This document shows positions 1 through 11,005 of a stretch of 64,000 bases of DNA, in pieces. The notes below the pieces were generated by a model. It was not told the DNA's origin. It did no database searches and was given only the letters and a program-made list of their open reading frames with translations. This stretch comes from an uncultured Gemmatimonadaceae bacterium (lineage in GTDB: Bacteria; Gemmatimonadota; Gemmatimonadetes; Gemmatimonadales; Gemmatimonadaceae). Every line of letters begins with the position of its first letter. The first letter of the stretch is position 1. Location of the stretch: assembly GCA_963790305.1 (NCBI GenBank), contig CAWBOC010000004.1:1-64000 (forward strand), written 5' to 3'. Position numbers and translations under genes: made by a program.

Positions 1-229
1 GGCGTGACCGCCGACGGCCGCTGATCGCCGTCGACCCGACCTGGCGGTCCTTTCCGGCAGCGTACCCGTTCCCTGGCGCCGAACCTACGAGATTAACTTC
101 GTCCTCGCCCCGTTATCTATTGCGCCGTTCTATCTCTCTTCGTCGGCCAACCTGGTCGGGTGGGTCCTGGCGCTGCTCACGCTGCTGATCACGACGATCA
201 CCGATCTGACCGGGTCCGCGCGGCCGATG

Positions 230-720
230 AGCGCCGCTGAGCCCAGAAGCGACCGGGTCACGATCTCGGTGACCTCGGCGTCGCTGAGCGTGATCGGGTT
301 GACGCGCATGCTGCTGGCGCACTGGGCGGCGGCCACCAGGTCCGGGATCCCGGTCACGTCCAGCCCGAAGCCGGCCAATCCGGGGATGGACAACGCCGTG
401 GTCAGTTCCCGCTCAGCCAGTCGATCGCATCCTCTGGACGCGCATTGGGCCGACCAGTCAGCACGGCGGCGATCTCGGTGATCCGCGATAGCGCCGGATG
501 GTCGGGAGCGCGGTCGCGTAAGGCCCGCAGATTGACGGCAACGGTCGCCGCGAGCACGGCAGCACAGACCGCTCCATGCGGTGCCGACAGCCGTGCTCCG
601 GCTGCCGCGGCCAGCCCATGTACGGCACCCAGCCCGGAGTTGGCCAGGCAGAGTCCGCCGAACAGGCTGGCGAGCGCGAGGTCCTCGCGCACGTCTGGGT
701 CGGCGTTCGGGCTCGCTCAC
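230..720 (-). pseudogene. Iron-containing alcohol dehydrogenase, C-terminal fragment (N-terminus absent, frameshifted)
   Basis: ORFs 402..692 and 130..720 join to give REDLALASLFGGLCLANSGLGAVHGLAA...PHGAVCA...IPGL...SSMRVNP, typical of the Fe-ADH C-terminal domain. Ends approximate. Confidence 0.8.
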
Positions 721-729
721 GGCCGGACG

Positions 730-1155
730 CTACACGTTGGAGATGCCGGCGGTCTCGGTCACGACGACCTGGGCGTAGTCCTCGGTGGCGCCGAATCGTC
801 CGGCGAGGATGGTGTCGGCGGTGACCCTCGAGCGTCACGGTGACACGGCCCGCTCTCCTGCTCCACGCGGCACCCGTTCCGCCCGACCTTCAGGGTAGGG
901 TCGAGCGCTTCCACGCTCGCCGCTACCGCCTCGCACGCCTTGATCTCGTTGCGACCCTCACGACGGTAGAGGGTCGCGCCAGCGTGTCTCGCGGCCTCCG
1001 TACGCGACCTCCGACAGCCGGAAGGTGCTGCGGCCGATCGACACCACATCGAGCCCGGCCACGACGATGAGCGCGGCGAGCGCGATCCAGATCACCGCCG
1101 TCTTGCCGACCATGCCGTCCTGGCCGTTCCATGCCTGCTGTTGGCTGATCCGCGG
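730..1155 (-). CDS. TadE/TadG-like pilus-associated small membrane protein (frameshifted)
   Basis: Reconstructed across frames: QDGMVGKTAVIWIALAALIVVAGLDVVSIG...VTADTILAGRFGATEDYAQVVVTETAGISNV*, with a prepilin-like hydrophobic N-terminus. TAG at 730-732; start approximate. Confidence 0.45.
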
Positions 1156-1740
1156 AACCTCCTGCGCACCGCGCCCACCACCTCATCGACCTCCTGCAGG
1201 CCGAACATGAGCGCGGCGGCGAGAGTAGGCGAGCGCACCGGCGACGACCGCGATCGAGACCTGCACGAGCCTGCCGATGGTCGGCTGCGTGTCGATGACG
1301 GCAGCGACGCCGGTCGCGACCAGCCACGCGGCGAGCGCGGTGGTGACCGCGGCGGCGAGCGTCCTCACGAGGGTCCGCGGTGACGCGGGCGCCGTCGATC
1401 GAGCCGAGCTTCACGCGCAGCAGCACGATGCCGGCGCCGGTCGCGACGACGTAGCTCGCGGCATGGCCGAGCGCCAGCCCCGGCACGTCCCAGCCCGCCA
1501 CGACGACGAGCACCACGTCGACCCCCACCGTGACGGCCGCCGCGCCGACGTTGATGAGCGCCGGCGTCCGGCTGTCCTGCGCAGCGTAGAAGGTGCGCGT
1601 GATCAGCTGGAACGCCGAGAAGAACGGCAGGCCGACCGCGAAGCCTTGGAGCGTGCGCGCGATGAGCCGGGCATCGGCGGCGCCGGCCGCGCCGTGCTCG
1701 AGCAGCAGCGACGTGATGGGACCGGCCAGCACGATGAATC
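1145..1740 (-). pseudogene. murJ: MurJ/MviN lipid II flippase, C-terminal fragment
   Basis: VLAGPITSLLLEHGA...FAVGLPFFSAFQLITRTFYAAQDSRTPALIN...GLALGHAASY is the MurJ signature region. The 5' part is missing beyond ~1740; frameshifts near 1380 and 1225. Confidence 0.85.
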
Positions 1741-2076
1741 AATCCATTGGGCCGAAAGGTACCCGCCGTCTACATCCTTACGGTCGAGGCTGGAAAGGAG
1801 CCCGACGGGTTTCAGCGATTCGCGACCGGGCAGCAGCTCGAGGCTGGCGTGTCCGACGTATGTCGGCGGACCATGTGCCGGAGCGCTCCGCCCTGTGCCC
1901 CTCGTGAACCTGTTGACCGAGGTGCGCTGACGGCTGCTCGACGATCTGGAGAGTCCTCCGCTCTTGTGATCACGCGGGGCGAGGTGACGTCACGCCTGAT
2001 GCAACCGTCAAAATCACGAACCGGCCTTTGGCGCAGAACCCTATGGGGCACCGCCCTCACTCCGGGACGTGACGCT

Positions 2077-2370
2077 ATGCGTTTCAAGATCGCTCGAGTC
2101 TGGCTGATGTGGCTCCTGGGAATGGCCGTGCTCGCCGGCGTCATGTGGGTCCTGTTCATGTTTCCCCTGCCTGGCGGCAGCTCTGGCCTCCCGACGCTGG
2201 AGGAAGTCCTGGAGTTGGTGGAGCAGCTCGGTGTCAGCGGAACGATCACGATCTTGGCAATCGTGTTCCTTCCGCCGATTCTGCTGAATACATCGAGATC
2301 TGGAGGGCACGGCGCTCTCGCGGCTTCTCACCCGCGACCGAGCCAACTGGAGCGGCGCAACGCGGGATGA
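2077..2370 (+). CDS. Small two-TM hypothetical membrane protein
   Basis: MRFKIARVWLMWLLGMAVLAGVMWVLFMF...TITILAIVFLPPILL; stop overlaps the next ATG (ATGA at 2367-2370). Confidence 0.55.
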   Translation: MRFKIARVWLMWLLGMAVLAGVMWVLFMFPLPGGSSGLPTLEEVLELVEQLGVSGTITILAIVFLPPILLNTSRSGGHGALAASHPRPSQLERRNAG

Positions 2371-2834
2371 GGATCTTCGACGTGCTACGTCGGCTATTCC
2401 TTACGCGCCGCAGCGCGCCGCACATCACCGTCACGGTCGACCCCGACCGCTTCCGATTCGAAGGTCCCGGCGTTCGCGAGGGAAGCCCTCTCGAGGCCTG
2501 CCACCGCTCTTCGTGTCGGCCACGATCTCAAGGTGGGGGCGATTGGCGATGAGGCACTCGCTCCAGCAGCAGCGGGGTGCTCATTCGCCCGTTCGCCGCG
2601 CGCCCGGGGCACGATACGCCATGGGTACACGAAGAGCCTTTGATTCATTATTGCAGGCATTACCTCAGGCTCGCTGGCGCCCGACATGACGCGATTGCGT
2701 TCCACCTCGGCATTCGACCCGTCGTCACCATTCACAAGGCGCACACGCTCCGCTCATTCTTCCGCGGCCGTGAGACCGAGATCCTCGACCGGGTCTTCCG
2801 CATCGCCGGAGCGTCGCTCGTCACCTTCGCCTGA
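2367..2834 (+). CDS. Hypothetical protein (frameshifted)
   Basis: MRIFDVLRRLFL...HITVTVDPDRFRF continues in ORF 2577..2834 (LIRPF...RVFRIAGASLVTFA*). Confidence 0.5.
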
Positions 2835-2856
2835 CAGCCGTTCCAAGGCGACGGGC

Positions 2857-3199
2857 CTAACGCCTGCCGCCTCGCACGATGGCGGTGATGCCAAGGACAA
2901 TGCAGAGGACCGAGCCAGCGAGCACGAGCGCCATTACTCCCGCGCGGACGGTATTGAAGGTCATCACCGTCAACACGACGTAGCCGAGGGGAAGTACCAG
3001 GCCGAACAGGATCAACTGAGCGCCGACGTAGACGTTCGCGCGATACCGCATCCGTGCCTGCTGCTCCTCTGAGACCTGCAACCACGGAAGCCGGAAGTGT
3101 TGGAGCCAGGCCACGTGAGGAAACCGCCGCGAGAGCGCGGGGAGTGAATAGCATGACCACGACTATAGTCCCGACGACGATCTGAAATCGCTCTGACAT
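2857..3199 (-). CDS. Small membrane protein (frameshifted)
   Basis: GAGG RBS, then MSERFQIVVGTIVVVML joining ORF 2857..3114, which has two further TM segments. Stop TAG lies inside CGTTAGGC. Confidence 0.6.
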
Positions 3200-3226
3200 G
3201 TGAGACTCACCTCGGGCGCAGCGTGC

Positions 3227-4542
3227 CTAACGCGTTCGCCGCGCTTCGATCATGTGGAGGATCTTCTCTGCGCGATCCCGCACTTCGGCATCGGGATCGT
3301 TCAACAGCCGCTCGAGCTGGCTCGTAAACGAGTCGGCGTCTTTCCCCAGGTCCGCGATCGCGGCGATCGTCTCCATGCGGTTCCACTTCCCCGGATCTGA
3401 CAGGCCCGCCTCGAACACGGGTCTCACCTCGGCGAGGTCGCGTGCGAAATACCAGAGAACGCGTGCCGCACGGACGCCCAGGATTGGCTCGACATTCCGC
3501 AGGTCGCGGCGCAGCCGCTGGATGCCCTTCGTCTTCGGCGCGCCGTCTTCGTGCGCCAGCGCGCGTCCAGCGTAGATCCGGACCTTGGGATCTGGATCGT
3601 TCAACGCCGCGAGCAGGGCGTCGACAACCACCGGATCGCTCGGTGCGGACATGCGGTGACGTCGCTCGCTCGTCGCGTGACCGAGGTGCCAGGCTGCGTC
3701 CGCGCGAGCGGCAGCATCCCCACCCTCCAGGACTGCCGCCAGCAATCGTGGGGAGGCGCCGTTGTTCTGCATGTACACGGTGAGCACCGTATGCGCCGTC
3801 CGGTTCACTGCGGGATCGGGATCATGCAGCGCCTTGATGAGGAATGGGGCGAGCGCTTCACGTTCCTCACGGCCGACGTCCATGAGAAGCTCGACGGCGC
3901 GCAGGCGCACCTCCGCGCTCGGAGTCGGCGAGCCCGGCGGCGACGATGTCGCGACGGGACGCCGCATCGAGAGAGCGGCGCGCCATGCCCTGTATGGATG
4001 CCGCGCGCTGCCTAACGTCGCCCTTCGTTCGCGTCTCCTCGAGCGCGACGTGTCCCGAGCCGCCGATCTGTGCGAGCGCCTGCGCTGCCGCATAACGGAG
4101 CGTCGGATCGGGATGTTGCAGCAGCGGCGTCAGGCTCGGCACGGCCGGCTCGGCCGGCGGGCCGATCCTGCCGAGGGCCCAGGCCACGTTCAGCCGGAGG
4201 TCGGTGGGTCCGTCATTCAACATCTCGATCAGCTCAGGGATGGCGCTCCCGGCGCGAGGCCCCATCTTCGCCAGCACGTCCAGGGCGCCGCTCCTCACCG
4301 GCCCATCGTGCTCTCGCGCGAGATCGACGAGCGCGGGGATGGCGGGGTCTCCGATCTCGCCCAAATGCCGAAAGGCCAATCGGCGTCGGTCGCCCTTCCC
4401 GCTACTCCAGAACGACAGCCAGTCGACCTGGGTAGCCTCCTTCTTCCAATGGCTGAGCGGCTTCCCGGCGAGCCATGGGTTCGTGGCGTTGGCAGGCCCC
4501 CGCGATCAGGGCGACGAGGACTAGTGTGGCCCCGCGTGTCAT
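3227..4542 (-). CDS. HEAT-repeat lipoprotein (frameshifted)
   Basis: MTRGATLVLVALIAGAC lipobox; repeated L.D....VR..AA.AL..IG motifs in ORFs 3867..4379 and 3227..4093. Confidence 0.85.
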
Positions 4543-4648
4543 GTCGATTGGACGCGTTTGCCGGATTCTCAGTCACTCGGCCACCCCCTGCGCGCTGCTC
4601 GGCCACGACGCAAGAGTCGCGGGCGCGCGCAAAGGATCGACTGATTTC

Positions 4649-4700
4649 TTTCACCGCGCCATTTTTGCTTTTCACCGCATTCTCTTGCCCGCGGTGAAAA
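4649..4700. promoter_or_regulatory. Perfect 10-bp inverted repeat TTTTCACCGC-N12-GCGGTGAAAA plus an upstream half-site
   Basis: Arms at 4669-4678 and 4691-4700; TTTCACCGC is repeated at 4649-4657; lies between divergent genes. Confidence 0.5.
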
Positions 4701-4844
4701 CATCTGGTTAGTATGCTCGCCACCTAGGCTCGGCTGACCCAGCCTAACGCGCGACGCAGGCGCGGAGCCTCACCCTCAGACCCGACTGGCCGTCTTCCGG
4801 CGCTCGCGCCGGGACATGGCCGCGTACTCCTCAGGAGTTGTGTC

Positions 4845-6193
4845 ATGCGGCAAAGCGAACGTCTTCTCGCAATCGGCCTCCTGATCGGGGCCGCCGGCTG
4901 CGAGCGTGAGATTTCCACCGCCACCGCCGACGTCGAGCTTCCGGCGCTCGCGAGGGCTTCCGCGCCCGCCCTGGTTACCGAGACCACGTGGGGCGGGGCC
5001 GCCACCAATGCCACCGACGCCGTCGCGGTTGCGTCCGACGGCAGCTCGTACCTCGTCGGCTTCACCGAGAGCTTCGACTTCGAGCCAAAGCTCTTCACCG
5101 TGAAGTTCAATGCCGACGGATCCCTCGCCTGGCAACGCACCTGGAACGCACCGCAACAGTTCGTGAGAGACGAGGGTCGCGAAGTCGCCGTCGCCCCCGA
5201 CGGATCGGTGTACGTTACCGGCCTGGCCTTCGTCAATGGAAATCGCGCTCTCGTCTTGAAGTACGGTCCCGACGGAACACTGATCTGGCAGAGAGTCTTC
5301 GGCGGCAACGCACCGGTGATGCCGTCTCCGTGGGCGCAAATGGTTCGGTCTACGTCACCGGGGCGCTGCGCGACGCCAGCGACAGCGAAGACCTGTTCGT
5401 CATCAAGTTTTCGCCTGACGGCACCCAGCAATGGTTCAAGCGCTGGGGTGCCGATGGCGTCTTCGAAGCGGGCCAGGGCGTCGCCATCGGGCCGGACGGA
5501 AACCTCTACGTCGCCGGCGTCGCGCCACGAGCGGGGGCCGATCCCTTCCTCGGTCAGTTCGACGCGATCGTGCTCAAGCTCGACCCGAGCGGAAACGTCC
5601 TCTGGCAGCGGGCGTTCGCCGGCGGCGACGTCGCTGACGCGCGCGGCGGGATCAATGTCGGCGCTGACGGCGCCGTCTATGTCGGCGGTGGGTTCCAGGG
5701 TCCGTCCGGTAGCGGATTCACCAACGAGGCGCTGCTCATGAGACTCACGAGCGATGGAGATCTCGTCTGGGCGCGTCAGTGGGAAAACGGATTCGCCGAA
5801 GCGGTAGCCGTCGCGCCCGACGGACAGGTCGTCTTCGCCGGGACGGTCAGCGACGCCGACGGAGACGACGCCTTTGTCCTGCGTCTCGCGCCCGGCGGAA
5901 AGACGTCGAGCGCGAATCGCTGGGGAGGATCGAGCTTCGATGCCGGCCAGGGCATCGCCGTCGCACCGGACGGAACGATCTCCCTCGGCGCCTCCGCCTC
6001 AGCGCCACCATACGCGCTCGGCGATGCGCCTGAGCGTACCAGCAGGGCGCGGCTCTCGGTGTCGACCCCGGTCACGCCGCTGGTCGACGCTGCCGGCATC
6101 GTTGTCGATCCGGCCGGGGTTGCGGAGACACCTAACGGGGTGACGACCTACGCCGGAGGTCTCGACGCCGCGCTCGTCAGGATCAGACCCTGA
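4845..6193 (+). CDS. Beta-propeller (SBBP-like repeat) lipoprotein (frameshift ~5310)
   Basis: LLIGAAGC lipobox; repeats of VAVAPDGSVYVTG....KF.PDG...W...WG across ORFs 4845..5741 and 4988..6193. Confidence 0.85.
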
Positions 6194-6218
6194 CCGCAAG
6201 GGAGAGGAGAGGCGACTC

Positions 6219-6443
6219 TTGCCGCGCGCAAGAGTCGCTGACCTCTCAGGGGGGAGAATCGTCCTTGGAGAAATAGCCGAGGAATTCAATGTCCCGATTG
6301 ATTGGCGCGCGATTCGAGCCAGGCAGTTGTCGCATCGACCGCACCGCCGCCGGCCGACCCCTCGACTCGGTTACGTTCGAGAAGGCGCCGAGATCTACTA
6401 CTGGCGGAATGGGCAATTCCATTGGTATGCGACTGCCGACTGA
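6219..6443 (+). pseudogene. Gene fragment, C-terminus of a hypothetical protein
   Basis: Protein-like tail GYVREGAEIYYWRNGQFHWYATAD* without a clear start. Confidence 0.3.
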
Positions 6444-6470
6444 GATTCCATCGTGCGTGCGCCTGGGAGG

Positions 6471-7550
6471 TTAGCGCGCGACGTAGGCGACGCCGTCCAC
6501 CCCTCGCTGGGCCGCGAAGCGGCGCAGGACTCTCGCGGCGCCCACGTCGACTTCGACGATCTCGCCCGCCTGCGACAGCGCGACGTAGCAGCGGATGGAA
6601 TCGGGCGCGCACGCGACTCCGCTACCACCTGCGTTCGACCCAAGTGCGACTGAACGCATCTGGCGGGTCGCCCGATCGATGATCCGCAGGTGATCGCGAT
6701 CCGTCGCGATGACGAGCTTCTGATCCGTTGTCACCGTTAGGCGTCGCGGCCGGGTTGCGGAGAGCTTTGCCACGACTTCACCCGTCGAGAGATCGACAAT
6801 CGCGATGCCTCCGCTGGCATTCTCCCGCCACACGGCCGCATACAGCTCGGTTCCGTCGGCGGACACCGCGATCCCCGCCGGTTCATCAGGAATGTCGAGC
6901 GTGCGCGTCACGCGGCCCAATGCGAGGTCGATCTCGCTCACCTTGCTGCTATGAGGACTGCTGACGTAGGCGCGACCGCTCGCCGTCCGCTTCACGACGT
7001 AGGGGTTCGGCGGGAGGTTCTCGACCGACCGCAGGATGCGACCACTATGGATATTGACGAACACGGCCGACGTGCCGCCGAGTGTCCCGATGAGCGCGAC
7101 GCTGTCCGAGAGGAACTCGATGCCGTGCGGCTCTTTGTAATCTCCCAGCTCGATCGTGCGGACGATCCTCGCCAATGCGATGTCGAGGACGAGGACTCTC
7201 CGGCCGCTGCGGAATCTGTCCATCGGCACCGTCAGCGCGGCGACCCGTTTATCCGGTGAGACGGCGACCTCATGCGGGTTCGCGCCGAGCGGGACGTGCG
7301 AGACGCGGCCGCTGTTGATGTCGACCAATGTCGCGACGCCACTCCGCTGGTTCGCGACCACGAGGAACGGCCCAGCCGGCGGCACGACGGCGGACGCTTG
7401 CGACTCGCATCCCGCCGGCATCATGCCCATGGCAACGATGCATGCGAATGCCCGGAAGATCGATCTCATCAGCATGCGCTCATGAAACGCTCTTCGTCTG
7501 GTGACCGCAAGGCGGATGGGACGAACCGTCGTGAGACGATGGTGACTCAC
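6471..7550 (-). CDS. YncE/YVTN-type beta-propeller lipoprotein
   Basis: MPAGC lipobox; repeats NPHEVAVSPD, EPHGIEF, EPAGIAVSADG. Start may be ~7481. Confidence 0.8.
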   Translation of the reverse strand: MSHHRLTTVRPIRLAVTRRRAFHERMLMRSIFRAFACIVAMGMMPAGCESQASAVVPPAGPFLVVANQRSGVATLVDINSGRVSHVPLGANPHEVAVSPDKRVAALTVPMDRFRSGRRVLVLDIALARIVRTIELGDYKEPHGIEFLSDSVALIGTLGGTSAVFVNIHSGRILRSVENLPPNPYVVKRTASGRAYVSSPHSSKVSEIDLALGRVTRTLDIPDEPAGIAVSADGTELYAAVWRENASGGIAIVDLSTGEVVAKLSATRPRRLTVTTDQKLVIATDRDHLRIIDRATRQMRSVALGSNAGGSGVACAPDSIRCYVALSQAGEIVEVDVGAARVLRRFAAQRGVDGVAYVAR

Positions 7551-7619
7551 TTTCAGCGAGCGTCGTCCTCACAGCAGATCGTGACCGTTTCTCGAGCTTC
7601 CTACCTACGCTGAGCTGAA

Positions 7620-8147
7620 GTGTACGCCCCTCCTCCCTCGATCGACGATACCTGGCCGCTTTGGGTTCTCGGCATCACGCTGGCATCCGGCGGGATTTGG
7701 CTTCTCGCAGGACGTCTGATGCGGCCGCTCGCCGTTGCACGTGTGGCGGCGATCCTGGTCGCCGTTGCCGGCGTTCTCCTGTTCGCCTGGTTCGTTCACG
7801 AGGAGCTCGTGGCGGCGCCCTCGCATCCAGTCGCACACGTGAGCTTCACGAACAGTGTGAGGTCTCTCCTCGAGTACACGGTCTACATCCTCGTACCGGC
7901 GCTCGCTCCGCTCTATCTGCTTCGGCGTACCGGCCGGCCCGAGGCTCGTCGCCTCGCCGCGGTCATTGGCATCGTCGTCACGGTCGGCACGTTCGTTCTG
8001 GGCGCAGTCGCATTCTTTCTGCTGGCGTGGGCCTCCCAGGTTGGGCAGCGAGGAACGGCAATGCTCGCGATACAGGCTCCGCTGGGTTTCCTCGCCGTAA
8101 CGGGGATCACGTTGGCTCGGTCTGCCTGGCGAGCGGCACGAGAGTAG
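7620..8147 (+). CDS. Multi-pass hypothetical membrane protein
   Basis: 175-aa ORF with about five hydrophobic helices. Confidence 0.65.
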   Translation: MYAPPPSIDDTWPLWVLGITLASGGIWLLAGRLMRPLAVARVAAILVAVAGVLLFAWFVHEELVAAPSHPVAHVSFTNSVRSLLEYTVYILVPALAPLYLLRRTGRPEARRLAAVIGIVVTVGTFVLGAVAFFLLAWASQVGQRGTAMLAIQAPLGFLAVTGITLARSAWRAARE

Positions 8148-8174
8148 GCCCGTCCGGGCGTCGTACCTCGAGCG

Positions 8175-9002
8175 TCACAGAGACTCGGCAGACCGTCGCC
8201 GTGCCCGCACGACGCCGACGAGCAGCAGCGCCGCCACGACGGCTCCCATCCATAACGAGGGCGAGCGCAGCAGCGCCGTCGCCGGCGCCATCGCCAGCGC
8301 GTCGATCCCGCCTACGAGATCCAAATGCCCACGCGGCCAATAGCGGCCAATGCCCCGATGGAAAAGCGCTTGACTGATCGTGTTACCACTGGTGGTCAGG
8401 CGCTCGGACATGCTCACCAACATCGCTGGTGCCAACGCAACCAGGAGCACTGCCCGACGAGCCCGCGCTGACACGAGCAGGATCCAGGCATACAGCGGAC
8501 TGATCCACAACGCTCCGACGGCAGCCTCGACAATGGCGGCGCCAGGTGAAGCCAGCGCTGATTGGAAACGGCCGCCGGTACCGGCGAATGTCACTCGCGC
8601 GACGACCTGGCAGGCGAGCACCAGCGCGAAGCTCAGTGCAGGAATGAATAGGAGCGGGACGGCTGCCTTCCCGGCGATCGCCATTCCGTCTCCGACCGGA
8701 AGAGACTTCCAGAACAGGATGCTGCGGTCGTGGCGCTCCGAATGCAGCGCTTCAGCGCAGTAGACGAACGCCACGACGACCCCTACGAGCAGGATCATGC
8801 GCGCGGTGGTGTCGAGGCCTAACGAAAGCCTTCGTGCGACGCTCGCGGACATGGGATTCGCCGCGGCGTCAAAGCCGGAGACGTTCACGCCGGTCTGCCA
8901 CGCCCCTACGGCCATGAGCGCTCCGCCAAGCAGCAGCGGCACCAGGTATACCCAGCGATGCTCCCAGAGCTCGCGCCGAACGGACCAGATGAAGGTCCTC
9001 AT
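8175..9002 (-). CDS. ABC-2 type transporter permease
   Basis: VRRELWEHR; ALHSERHDRSILFWKSLPV; follows the ATPase gene with an ATGA overlap. Confidence 0.85.
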   Translation of the reverse strand: MRTFIWSVRRELWEHRWVYLVPLLLGGALMAVGAWQTGVNVSGFDAAANPMSASVARRLSLGLDTTARMILLVGVVVAFVYCAEALHSERHDRSILFWKSLPVGDGMAIAGKAAVPLLFIPALSFALVLACQVVARVTFAGTGGRFQSALASPGAAIVEAAVGALWISPLYAWILLVSARARRAVLLVALAPAMLVSMSERLTTSGNTISQALFHRGIGRYWPRGHLDLVGGIDALAMAPATALLRSPSLWMGAVVAALLLVGVVRARRRSAESL

Positions 9003-9859
9003 TCCGGTGCCTCTCCGTCGTTCACGATCGCGGCGAACAACGTGGCGACGCTGGGCCTCCGCAGGTCACCGAAGAGGCTCAGCCGACTTCGATCGCCCTT
9101 GTCGAAGATGAGTACCCGTCCAGCGAGCGCGGGCCGTTCGTGCATGGGCCCCATCGCGCGCGCGATCTCGACGTGCTCGGGATGCACGTGCACCTCGACG
9201 AAGCGCTCCTCGTATTCCTCCAGCGTGCACTGAAAGACGATACGTCCGCGGTCGATGAACACGAGGTCGGTGAGGACGTCCTGCATCTCGTCCACATCAT
9301 GCGTGGCGATCAGGACCGTCCGACGCCCCTCCGCGAAGCGGGTGAGCAGCATGTCGAAGAACCGCTTGCGGTACAGGATGTCGAGGCCGAGCGTGGGCTC
9401 GTCGAGCACGAGCAGGCGCGCGTCTACACCCATCGCGAGAGCGAGCTGCACCTGTGCCACCTGGCCCTTGGAGAGCGTTCCCACTCGCGCGCCTGGCGGA
9501 ATGGCGCCGCGCTCGAGCAGCTCCTCCGTCGCAGCGCGGTCGAACGCCGGGTGGACAGCGTCATAGTAGGCTACAGCGTCCGAGACCCGCAGCCATCGGG
9601 GCATGATCGACACATCGGCGACGTAGCTCGCCTCGCGCATCAGTGCGGCCCGATCTTTCCACGGATCGTGTCCGAGGACGCGGAGCTCGCCCTCGACGGG
9701 AACGAGACCGACCAGCGCCTGCAAGAGCGTCGTCTTGCCCGCGCCATTCGGTCCGATGATGCCCACGATGCGCCCTTCCTCTATCTCGAGATCGACTCCG
9801 TTCAGCGCTACCCGGCCAGCGATTGTTCTGCGCACTGCGCGCGCCATCACACAGTGCAT
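8999..9859 (-). CDS. ABC transporter ATP-binding protein
   Basis: Walker A GPNGAGKTT, signature LSKGQ, Walker B LLVLDEP. Confidence 0.95.
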   Translation of the reverse strand: MHCVMARAVRRTIAGRVALNGVDLEIEEGRIVGIIGPNGAGKTTLLQALVGLVPVEGELRVLGHDPWKDRAALMREASYVADVSIMPRWLRVSDAVAYYDAVHPAFDRAATEELLERGAIPPGARVGTLSKGQVAQVQLALAMGVDARLLVLDEPTLGLDILYRKRFFDMLLTRFAEGRRTVLIATHDVDEMQDVLTDLVFIDRGRIVFQCTLEEYEERFVEVHVHPEHVEIARAMGPMHERPALAGRVLIFDKGDRSRLSLFGDLRRPSVATLFAAIVNDGEAPE

Positions 9860-9864
9860 CGGGT

Positions 9865-10246
9865 TCAGCGCGCTCGGGCCTTTGGTCGTGCCGGCGCCGG
9901 CTTCGCGCGCAGCAGCTCTTCAGGGCTGAGCCCGAGCCGCTGGATGGTGGCGCGGACGCGCGGCCACTCGTCGTCGAGAAAGCGACGGCGCTCGCTGCGC
10001 AGCAGCCGCTCGCGCGCACCCGGGATTCACGAACAGCCCCACGCCGCGGCGGTTCTCGACCAGCCCTTCGTCGGCAAGCTCCTGGTACGCCTTCAGCACC
10101 GTTAGGTGGTTGATGCGATACTCGGCGGACACGGTTCGGGCCGACGGCAGCGCGTCGCCTTCCGCCACCGCGTGCTCGAGGATCATGGCGACCATGCGAT
10201 CTCGCAGCTGGCGATAGATGGGCTGGTCATCGTTCCAGGTGGTCAT
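9865..10246 (-). CDS. GntR family (YtrA subfamily) transcriptional regulator (frameshift ~10020)
   Basis: WNDDQPIYRQL...GDALPSAR...INHLTVLKAYQEL...RRGVGLFV, continuing in another frame as ERRRFLDDEWP...*. Confidence 0.9.
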
Positions 10247-10959
10247 CCGAGTTGCTCCTGCGGAGTCGCGTCGCGTGTCGCCGGCCGGGACGCGTTCGGG
10301 GGGACGCTAGTGCGGCGTCTCCGCACGCGCCAGAGCCAGTAGAACATCACCACCAGCGGCAGGACGGAGAGGATGATGCGCACCGGCCAGGCGCTCAGCA
10401 GCTCCGGGATGAACCTGGGCTGGCCGAGGAAGAACGAGCTGGCCGTTGTGAACATCACGAAGCCCATGCGCCACAGATGCCGCGCGAGTCGCCGGTTCCC
10501 GCGCAGTGGGCCGTGACGCAGGACGCGCGCGTCTCCCGCCGCGGCAAAGAGAAGAAGTATACCGCTGAGCAGGATGAGGGCGGCGGGAGTTCCTTCAGGA
10601 CTTCTTGCGCCCGGGAGCGAGGCAACCTGCACCGTAGCGACCAGTCGCCCCACACCGAAGCCGACGGCAACCAGCATCAGCATGACGTCGAGTGGCATGT
10701 TCCTGTCCTCCGGCCTGCGGCGGACCGTCGTGGTCGCCGTGATGACGAAGTACAGGACGGTGATTCCCGCAGACCAGGCCTCCCGCTCATGCGCATACCC
10801 AGCGACGGCGGCGCCGAGTCCCATGGCGCCGATGGCGTAAACGAAAAGCATCCCCGCTCGCCGGTGCAGCCACTTCCCTTTTGGCGCGAACAGCGCGGCG
10901 TATCCGGCGATGAGCGCGATCGACGCGCCGACGATGTGAAGGTAGGTGAAGGCTTTCAT
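10243..10959 (-). CDS. DUF2306-like membrane protein
   Basis: LHI..G...L.APKG..LHRRAG..FVYA and RLARHLWRM; six TM segments. Confidence 0.75.
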   Translation of the reverse strand: MKAFTYLHIVGASIALIAGYAALFAPKGKWLHRRAGMLFVYAIGAMGLGAAVAGYAHEREAWSAGITVLYFVITATTTVRRRPEDRNMPLDVMLMLVAVGFGVGRLVATVQVASLPGARSPEGTPAALILLSGILLLFAAAGDARVLRHGPLRGNRRLARHLWRMGFVMFTTASSFFLGQPRFIPELLSAWPVRIILSVLPLVVMFYWLWRVRRRRTSVPPNASRPATRDATPQEQLG

Positions 10960-10979
10960 AGGGCCCTGGCCGAGTGGAC

Positions 10980-11005
10980 TAGTGCTATACTATAATATAG
11001 CACTA
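10980..11005. promoter_or_regulatory. YtrA-type GntR operator
   Basis: Perfect inverted repeat TAGTGCTATA-N6-TATAGCACTA about 20 bp upstream of the operon start codon. Confidence 0.85.

Noticed and set aside
9140..10105. Long antisense ORFs (also 27213..28094, 42221..43423, 49269..50252)
   Set aside because: Typical high-GC shadows opposite well-supported genes.
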